DNA from: Pseudomonadota bacterium
GTDB taxonomy: Bacteria > Bdellovibrionota_B > Oligoflexia > Oligoflexales > CAIYRB01
Assembly: GCA_031416315.1 (NCBI GenBank)
Contig: JANOTL010000014.1
Span: 1-12,375 of the forward strand
Length of the DNA stretch: 12,375 bases
Direction: 5' to 3'
In this document: piece after piece, positions 1 to 5,652 of the stretch
Layout: each line of letters starts with the position of its first letter
How positions within the stretch are numbered: the first letter of the stretch is position 1
Notes under the pieces: generated by a model
The model's input: the letters and a program-made list of their open reading frames with translations, nothing else
The model's database searches: none
What the model was told of the DNA's origin: nothing
Position numbers and translations under genes: made by a program

Positions 1-120
1 CCCGAGCGGCATGACCATCATGAACTCGAGGATGTTGATGAACTGCACCGAGGCGATCAGGAAGACGATCAGGCGTTCGTTCGGTTGTAGCGGCGGTGTC
101 GGAGCTGAAGACTTCATCAT
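1..120 (-). CDS. MFS transporter, N-terminal 40 codons (partial; runs off the left edge)
   Basis: Not in the ORF track. My translation of revcomp 120..1 is MMKSSAPTPPLQPNERLIVFLIASVQFINILEFMMVMPLG. This resembles the typical TM1 of a bacterial MFS subfamily (ERxxxxxxAxxQFxxIx[D/E]FMxxMPLG). The start is the ATG at 120 or 117. Confidence 0.8.
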   Translation of the reverse strand, partial: MMKSSAPTPPLQPNERLIVFLIASVQFINILEFMMVMPLG

Positions 121-142
121 CGGCAGATGATAGCCTTGCGGC
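121..142. promoter_or_regulatory. Overlapping divergent -10 elements (probable leaderless promoters)
   Basis: + strand: TGa-TAGCCT (128-136) lies 6 nt before ATG 143. - strand: TATCAT (132-127) lies 6 nt before ATG 120. There is no Shine-Dalgarno on either side. Confidence 0.4.
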
Positions 143-499
143 ATGGAAGATACCGATAAAAAGGCCGCGCAACTGCGCATGATCGGGACCGCGGCCTGGG
201 CCTACATGTTGTTGCTACACGTCGCGTTGGCGGTGGTTCTCTATTTCCTCTATCCGACGCCGACCGCCCCTCTTTATTTTGCGACCGACGTGATCGCGAT
301 GGTCTGCTACGGCGTCGCCATCGTGTCGCTCTTGGCGGCGACGAAGGTCCCGAACTTCATCGTTCGCTGCGCATTGATCGAGACGGCGACGGTCGCGGGC
401 TTCAGCCTCGCGTTTCTGAAAGAGACGCCGCATCTTTACGTGCCCTTCATGGCGGTTGGCGTCCTCAGCCTCCTCGTGGCCAAAAAAGTCCAGACATAG
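143..499 (+). CDS. Hypothetical small integral membrane protein (about 4 TM helices)
   Basis: 118-aa ORF with four hydrophobic segments and charged termini. It fills the gap between the MFS gene and the Rieske gene, ending 13 nt before the latter. Confidence 0.75.
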   Translation: MEDTDKKAAQLRMIGTAAWAYMLLLHVALAVVLYFLYPTPTAPLYFATDVIAMVCYGVAIVSLLAATKVPNFIVRCALIETATVAGFSLAFLKETPHLYVPFMAVGVLSLLVAKKVQT

Positions 500-512
500 C
501 AACGGATGATCC

Positions 513-1622
513 ATGACTTCGATGCCCTTCGAGACCGACATCGCCAAGGCCACGACGCTTCCTTCCCGTTGGTACTACGAGCCTGAGGCTGCGGCCCTAG
601 AGAAGGAGCGTATCTTCGCCCGCACCTGGCAATGCGTCGGCGCCATGAGCCGCGTCGCCAGCGTCGGCGACTGGTTCACGGCGGAGATCGTGGGCGAGCC
701 GATCGTGATCGTCCGGACCGCGCCGGGCGATGCCGGCCTGAAGGCCTTCCACAACGTCTGCCGCCACCGTGGCGGACCGATCGCGGTCGGAGACCACGGC
801 AGCTCCAAGATGTTCCGCTGTGCCTACCACGGCTGGATCTACGGGCTCGACGGCGCCTTGAAGACGACGCCCGAGTTCAATGGCGTCGAGTGCTTCGACA
901 AGAAGGACTTCGGCCTGGCGGCGATCCCGTCGGTCGCGGTCTTCGGGCCATTCGTCTTCGTGAAGCTGGAAGCCGGCGGCGCGACCTTGGACGAAACCTT
1001 GGGAAAGATCCCGGAAGAGACGAAGCGCTTTCCCTTGCAACGCATGGGCTTCTACAAGCGACTGACCTGGGAGTTGAACTGCAACTGGAAGGTCTACGTC
1101 GACAACTACCTCGAGGGGTATCACATCCCGATCGTGCATCCGGGCCTGATGCGCGAGCTCGACTACCAGCAATATCGCGTCGAGGCGGAGCGCTGGTACT
1201 CGAAGCAGTACGCCCCGATCCGCAACAAAGAGACCTCGATCTACCGGCGGAACCTGGAGGCGGGCGCGAACGCCGAGGCGCTCTACTACTGGGTCTTCCC
1301 GAACTTGATGCTCAACATCTACCCGGACAACATCCAGATCAACGTCATCGTCCCCTTGGGCCCTGACCGCACGGCGACCGTCTTCGACTGGTACCTGGTC
1401 GACCCGGACAAGCCCGAAGTCGCAGCCGATTTCGCCAAGTCGCTTGCCTTCAGCGAGGTGGTGCAGGAAGAAGACGTGACGATTTGCGAGGCGGTCCAAA
1501 AGGGCCTGCGCTCGCGGTCTTACGACTCGGGCCGGTATTCGGTCGAGCGCGAGGCCGGTGTCCATCACTTCCACGGGCTCTACAGCGAGCTGATGCGGGA
1601 TTCGGGAGACGGAAAGAAATGA
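513..1622 (+). CDS. Rieske non-heme iron oxygenase alpha subunit (choline monooxygenase/CntA-like group)
   Basis: Rieske motif C83-R-H85...C103-A-Y-H106-GW. Mononuclear Fe motif NWKVYVDNYLEGYHIPIVH. C-terminal EDVTICEAVQKG and E-x-GVHHFH. Confidence 0.93.
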   Translation: MTSMPFETDIAKATTLPSRWYYEPEAAALEKERIFARTWQCVGAMSRVASVGDWFTAEIVGEPIVIVRTAPGDAGLKAFHNVCRHRGGPIAVGDHGSSKMFRCAYHGWIYGLDGALKTTPEFNGVECFDKKDFGLAAIPSVAVFGPFVFVKLEAGGATLDETLGKIPEETKRFPLQRMGFYKRLTWELNCNWKVYVDNYLEGYHIPIVHPGLMRELDYQQYRVEAERWYSKQYAPIRNKETSIYRRNLEAGANAEALYYWVFPNLMLNIYPDNIQINVIVPLGPDRTATVFDWYLVDPDKPEVAADFAKSLAFSEVVQEEDVTICEAVQKGLRSRSYDSGRYSVEREAGVHHFHGLYSELMRDSGDGKK

Positions 1623-2413
1623 AGCTGCGCCACTTTGCCCATTTGCTCTACCTCGCGCCGCTGGCGGTCGCGGCCTGCGTCACCAACAACGAGACCGGCC
1701 GCCGCGGCCTCGTCCCGCTCCCGGACACGATGATGAATCCGATGGGCGTAACTGCCTACGCGGAGATGAAGGCGAAGGAGCCGGTCTCCACCAACGCTCC
1801 ACTCACGGCCAAGGTCGTCGAGATCGCCAAGCGCATCGCCGATGCCTCGGGACAAAAATACGACTGGGAATTCACGCTCTTCGAAAGCAAGGCAGTGAAC
1901 GCGTTCTGCCTGCCCGGTGGCAAGATCGGCATTTACACCGGCATCCTCCCGGTCGCGAAGACCAACGCTGGCCTCGCGGCGGTGCTCGGCCACGAAGTGG
2001 CCCACGCCATCCTGAAGCACTCCGGCGAGCGCGCGAGCGAGCAGCTCATCCTCGCGGGCGTCATGCTCGGCGCCGACATGACGGCCGATGCGCTGTTGAA
2101 GGACGCCAAGCTCAAGCCTTACATCATGGGCGCGATTGGCCTGACAGCGCAGTTCGGCGTCCTCCTACCATACAGCCGGACGCACGAGACGGAGGCCGAC
2201 GAGGTCGGCACGCGCTACATGGCGAAGGCCGGTTACGATCCCGCCGAAGCCGTAACCCTCTGGGAGCGCATGGGCGCGCAGGGAGCTTCGCCGCCGGAGA
2301 TTCTGAGCACGCATCCGAATCCGGCTAACCGCGCCGAGGCACTCCAGAAGCAGCAGGCCGCGGTACGTCCGTTGTACGACGCGAGCCAAAAAGTGCCGAC
2401 GGTCGCGCTTTGA
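1619..2413 (+). CDS. M48-family zinc metallopeptidase, lipoprotein
   Basis: The true start is likely ATG 1619, which overlaps the Rieske stop as ATGA. Signal peptide with lipobox-like VAAC. Motifs NAFCLPGG, LAAVLGHEVAH (HExxH), YSRTHETEAD and LSTHP. Confidence 0.93.
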   Translation: MKLRHFAHLLYLAPLAVAACVTNNETGRRGLVPLPDTMMNPMGVTAYAEMKAKEPVSTNAPLTAKVVEIAKRIADASGQKYDWEFTLFESKAVNAFCLPGGKIGIYTGILPVAKTNAGLAAVLGHEVAHAILKHSGERASEQLILAGVMLGADMTADALLKDAKLKPYIMGAIGLTAQFGVLLPYSRTHETEADEVGTRYMAKAGYDPAEAVTLWERMGAQGASPPEILSTHPNPANRAEALQKQQAAVRPLYDASQKVPTVAL

Positions 2414-2458
2414 TCGGTTAGAGTGCTGGTGGCACAATCTCGCTAGATCGACGGAGGG
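2410..2458 (+). promoter_or_regulatory. Putative sigma70 promoter and RBS of the ogt-like gene
   Basis: TTGATC (2410-2415), a 17-bp spacer, then TGg-CACAAT (2430-2438, extended -10). GGAGG at 2453-2457 lies 8 nt before ATG 2466. Confidence 0.45.
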
Positions 2459-2465
2459 TTTGCAC

Positions 2466-2981
2466 ATGCATGAAGCATCGGTCGCCGTGCGTGAAGAAGC
2501 GTGCTTCCTGCACACTACGGTCGGTTGGCTGCGCATTACGGCAGACTCCTGCGGCGTCACCGGGATCCGCGTGCTCGACGCGCCGCCGCCGCCGCACTTC
2601 GGAGCCGCGCCGCATGCGAGCTCCCTGCATCCGCACCTGCGCGACGCGTACCGTCAGCTCGGCGAATACTTCCGTGGGGAGCGTGCCAGCTTCCGCTTGC
2701 CGCTGAACCCGCGCGGCACCGCATTCCAACGGCAGGTCTGGGACCACCTCGCGCAGATCCCGTTCGGCGAGACGATCACCGACGGTGAGCTCGCCATCAA
2801 AGTCGGCAAGCCGAGCGCCGCGGTCGCGGTCGGCAAGGCTCACCACGAGAACCCGCTGCCGATCGTCGTGCCCTGCCACCGCGTGGTCGGGAGTGACGGC
2901 CGCTTGATCGGCTTCGGGTCCGGGTTCGAGGTGAAGGCGAAGTTGCGCGACCTGGAGGCTGCGCCCTTTCCGCTCTCCTGA
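2466..2981 (+). CDS. ogt: Methylated-DNA-[protein]-cysteine S-methyltransferase (Ogt/AGT family), atypical
   Basis: Motifs QLGEYFRGER, GTAFQRQVW, IPFGET, NPLPIVVPCHRVV and KxxLxxLE. Start placed at ATG 2466 by RBS spacing (the ORF track uses TTG 2460). Key DNA-binding residues are substituted (see findings). Confidence 0.85.
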   Translation: MHEASVAVREEACFLHTTVGWLRITADSCGVTGIRVLDAPPPPHFGAAPHASSLHPHLRDAYRQLGEYFRGERASFRLPLNPRGTAFQRQVWDHLAQIPFGETITDGELAIKVGKPSAAVAVGKAHHENPLPIVVPCHRVVGSDGRLIGFGSGFEVKAKLRDLEAAPFPLS

Positions 2982-2993
2982 GGCTCAGGGGGG
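2973..2993 (+). terminator. Hairpin between convergent ogt-like and cupredoxin genes
   Basis: CTCTCCTGA-GGC-TCAGGGGGG forms a stem with two G-U pairs and overlaps the ogt stop codon. There is no U-tract. Confidence 0.25.
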
Positions 2994-3003
2994 TCGACGT
3001 CCG

Positions 3004-3390
3004 CTACTGGATGGTGACTTCCCCGCCAACGTGCGCCGGATGGATGCCGCACGTGAACTTGTGGGCGCCGCTCTTGCCCTTCGTCGACGCGGTGACGGTC
3101 TTGGTCTCCTTGCCGTTCACGACGACCTGCTCGGTCAGGCCGACGATGCTGAACCCGTGCGGATCATCGAGCTCGTTGACCAGCTTGATCTCGACCGTGT
3201 CGGCCGTGGGCATCGTCTTCGCCGACGGGACCCAGGTCTTCTTGCCGTCGACGAGCTTGTTGGTGAACGTGAACGCCGCTTTCGTCGCTGTCGGGGGCGG
3301 GGCGGCGACGGCGGACTTCGGCGCGTCCGCGCCGAGCGCGGCGACGGAGATGAGGGCGGCGGCGAGACCGGCCACGAGCTTCGAGATCAT
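3004..3390 (-). CDS. Secreted cupredoxin-domain protein (nitrosocyanin/amicyanin-like)
   Basis: ATG 3390 is preceded by AAGGAGGA. Signal peptide MISKLVAGLAAALISVAALG followed by an Ala/Pro linker. Cupredoxin strands D-T-V-E-I-K-L-V-N, PHGFSI, ETKTVT and KFTCGIHPAHVGGEVTIQ. 128 aa. Confidence 0.85.
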   Translation of the reverse strand: MISKLVAGLAAALISVAALGADAPKSAVAAPPPTATKAAFTFTNKLVDGKKTWVPSAKTMPTADTVEIKLVNELDDPHGFSIVGLTEQVVVNGKETKTVTASTKGKSGAHKFTCGIHPAHVGGEVTIQ

Positions 3391-3440
3391 GAGATCCTCC
3401 TTGAATGCGGGAATTGCGCAGAGCCTAACGCGCGTGCGCG

Positions 3441-3475
3441 AAAAGAGAAAGCCCCCGCGCAAGATGCGCGGGGGC
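3441..3475 (-). terminator. Rho-independent terminator
   Basis: Minus strand: GCCCCCGCGCA-TCT-TGCGCGGGGGC is a perfect 11-bp stem, followed by TTTCTCTTTT. Confidence 0.85.
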
Positions 3476-3600
3476 CCTTTATCGCAATCCCGATCTCCCG
3501 GGTCCCGCTAGGTCCTTCGAGCGTAACTTTCATCCCCTTCGCAGGGGCGCAGCTTTCGTCGTCGGAGCGTAGGGTCCAATCCGTCGGATCGGGCGTCACG
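3441..3600 (-). ncRNA. Candidate structured non-coding RNA or leader (family unassigned)
   Basis: Closing helix CCCGATC/GATCGGG (3489-3495 with 3587-3593). Apical hairpin CCCCT-GCGA-AGGGG has a GNRA tetraloop on the minus strand (3534-3547). Seven GGA triplets on the minus strand. Ends at the intrinsic terminator. Confidence 0.4.
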
Positions 3601-3607
3601 AACTATG

Positions 3608-4978
3608 TCACTGGGGTTCCTCTCCCGCCTTGAAGGTCTCGGAGCAACCCGCGGTCGTGCACACGCCTACCGTGGTCGGCGCGTCGTCGAAGATGTCGCC
3701 CACTGGGGACTCGGTCACGTCGGCGAAATTGAGCTCGCCCTGCCAACGCTCCGTGTACTCGCCGGGAGTGATCGCCGTACACGGCACCCATTGGTCGCTG
3801 CCGGCGTTCTGACAAACGCCCTCGGGGCGCGCCATCATCGCGAAAGGATCGAGGCCGGGCGCGATCTCGCAGGCGAGGAGGTGGCCGTCTCGGTCCTTGA
3901 ATTGAAAGCGGCCCCAGATCTGGGTGCCCTTCTGCACGGTTTGGAAATAAAGGCTGCGGAGCTTCCTCAGCTCGGCGCCAGGGCAGTCGGCGGCCGCCGG
4001 AAACTGCGCCTCGGCCGTCGCGTCGGTGTAGCGGTACTTGCCTTCGATGGCGATGAAGCTCGGCTTCTCTTTGTCGTCCGCGAGGATCTTCAAGTGAAAG
4101 CCGTTAGGAGGGCCTGAGACGATCGCTGCCTCGCCGCCATAGAGGCGCACGTCCTGCCAGTGGCAGTTGGCCGTGTCGGGCATCGTCGCGCACTTGGCGG
4201 TCGAGCGCTTGTTGGAGAACGAGAGGTCGGCGGAGAAGCGCTCGTCGCCCGGCGTCCCGAAGCCCGCAATCTTCACGGAGCCGTTGTCGCGGTCGATGAG
4301 GGTCAGCGCCATGTGGCCCTTGAGGGTCGGCAGCGATCTGCCCTTGAAAATGCGGATGTCGGCAGGGTAGCTGGCGGCGTCTCCCTGCGTCCACGCGCCG
4401 ACGGCGGCCGTGTCATTGGGGAAATCCTTGAACGAGACGCCGAACGCCGTCTCCGGTCCGGCAAAGGCGAGCGACACGATCCCGTCGTTCTTCCGCATCA
4501 CGTCTTCGCATAGAAGATGCAGCAGGAGACCTGGCGCGCTGCCCTTGGCGGTGGCCGCAACCAGGTCGTCGCAATCCATGTCGCCGTCGGCGTCGTGGTC
4601 GCCGTTACGGTTGCCGAGCATGATCTTCGCGGCGAAAGGCGCCGTGTTGCAGGCACCGCCCAGGGCGAAGCCCATGACGCCGAGCTTGTCCTGATGACAG
4701 GTCTCGCCGTCTTGGAGGCCGAGCGCGGCCGCCGTCGCGGCGCCGCCGAGACCGCCGAGCGCGATCCCGCCGACCTGCGGAAGCCCGGAAAGCGGCGTCG
4801 CCGCGTCGCCCGGGGCCGAGTCACCGCCGATGCCCGTGACCTTGGAGGTCGTCTCGTCGCCTTCGCCCGCGCCGTCCTCGGCGGCATCGGACTCCGCCTT
4901 GCGGCAGGACGCGAGTCCCCAGGCGGTCGCCAGCGCGACGCCGATCACGATCGATTGTCCAAGTCTTTGCGGGCGCAC
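3608..4978 (-). CDS. Hypothetical Cys-rich lipoprotein with an EF-hand-like Ca-binding loop
   Basis: Long ORF with GC-rich third codon positions. The likely start is GTG 4978 (GGAGG 5 nt upstream) or ATG 4990, rather than 5044. Signal peptide with lipobox LASC, an acidic/Gly linker, DHDADGDMDCDD, and 12 further Cys. Confidence 0.8.
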   Translation of the reverse strand: MRPQRLGQSIVIGVALATAWGLASCRKAESDAAEDGAGEGDETTSKVTGIGGDSAPGDAATPLSGLPQVGGIALGGLGGAATAAALGLQDGETCHQDKLGVMGFALGGACNTAPFAAKIMLGNRNGDHDADGDMDCDDLVAATAKGSAPGLLLHLLCEDVMRKNDGIVSLAFAGPETAFGVSFKDFPNDTAAVGAWTQGDAASYPADIRIFKGRSLPTLKGHMALTLIDRDNGSVKIAGFGTPGDERFSADLSFSNKRSTAKCATMPDTANCHWQDVRLYGGEAAIVSGPPNGFHLKILADDKEKPSFIAIEGKYRYTDATAEAQFPAAADCPGAELRKLRSLYFQTVQKGTQIWGRFQFKDRDGHLLACEIAPGLDPFAMMARPEGVCQNAGSDQWVPCTAITPGEYTERWQGELNFADVTESPVGDIFDDAPTTVGVCTTAGCSETFKAGEEPQ

Positions 4979-5029
4979 CGCCCCCTCCATCGTAGACACG
5001 AGAGACTGTTCGGAGCGCGTTCTGCACTC

Positions 5030-5088
5030 TTTAAATGAATTCATTTTTATCTTATAGTTTCGGATAGATACAAAATCCTAGCTGGAGG
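5030..5088 (+). promoter_or_regulatory. Sigma70-like promoter with overlapping palindromic operator, plus RBS
   Basis: TTTAAA (5030-5035), a 17-bp spacer, then TATAGT (5053-5058). Perfect palindrome AAATGAATTCATTT at 5033-5046. GGAGG at 5084-5088 precedes ATG 5095. Confidence 0.55.
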
Positions 5089-5094
5089 TCCCGC

Positions 5095-5652
5095 ATGCGT
5101 CGTTTGCCCCTCGCCGCCCTGCTCTCGTGCTGCATCGCCACGCCAGCGCTCGCGGCCGGCAAGTTCTCGGATCTGGAGAAGTGCTACCAACGCCACGGCC
5201 AGGTCGAGGAAGTGCAGAAGGACGGCAAGAAGATCACGACCTACAAATCCGAGGGCGACGTCGCCGTCGAGTGCAACGAGAAGGTCGTCGCCAAGGCGAA
5301 GGGCGAAAAGGACCTAAAGAACGTGAACGAGCTGGCCACGATCGTCGGCCGCAACTGGAACTGGCAGTCCGCCGTTCCTGTCTACGTCGAGGGCGCGAAA
5401 AAGAACAAAGCCGTCTGCAAAGAGAAGGACGCGCTGTACGCGATCGACCTCGCCCTTTCGAGCCCGAAAGACCATATGCACTCAACGAGCGCGCTCGCGT
5501 TCCTCGGCGCGTGCTGGCCGGAGAACAAGGACGCTGTCGTCGCACTCTTGAAAGAAGATGCGAACAGCTACCACAAGGAGCACCTCTGCGCGTTCCTCAA
5601 CGGCAAGAAAGCCCTGCCGGCGAACAAACAAGCGCTCTGCAAAGCCGGATGA
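5095..5652 (+). CDS. Hypothetical secreted Lys/Cys-rich, probably helical protein
   Basis: Good RBS. Sec signal MRRLPLAALLSCCIATPALA|A. Six Cys in the mature part. Its stop overlaps the patatin start as ATGA. Confidence 0.8.
   Translation: MRRLPLAALLSCCIATPALAAGKFSDLEKCYQRHGQVEEVQKDGKKITTYKSEGDVAVECNEKVVAKAKGEKDLKNVNELATIVGRNWNWQSAVPVYVEGAKKNKAVCKEKDALYAIDLALSSPKDHMHSTSALAFLGACWPENKDAVVALLKEDANSYHKEHLCAFLNGKKALPANKQALCKAG

Noticed and set aside
1484..1618. N-terminal extension of the M48 ORF in the track
   Set aside because: It overlaps the Rieske CDS out of frame. The signal peptide begins at ATG 1619.
2430..2444. Possible sigma54 promoter TGGCAC...GC upstream of the ogt-like gene
   Set aside because: The GG-to-GC spacing is 9 nt rather than the required 10. 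A sigma70 reading fits better.
3391..3462. Upstream extension of the cupredoxin ORF
   Set aside because: It starts inside the terminator hairpin. The strong SD and the signal peptide point to ATG 3390.
3476..3600. Assignment of the intergenic element to the c-di-GMP-I or guanidine-I riboswitch, 6S RNA, SRP RNA or a hammerhead ribozyme
   Set aside because: The resemblances are fragmentary (GNRA hairpin followed by GAUGAAAG, UAGCGGG, CCCGGGAG). Core motifs such as GGCAAA, CUAGGGUUCCG...AAAAGCCC, GGAAGGAAGCAG and CUGAUGA are absent, and the element is short for 6S.
5127..5648. Apparent 551-aa patatin fusion with an Arg-rich N-terminus
   Set aside because: The extension is an off-frame read of the 5095..5652 gene. 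The patatin domain starts at ATG 5649.
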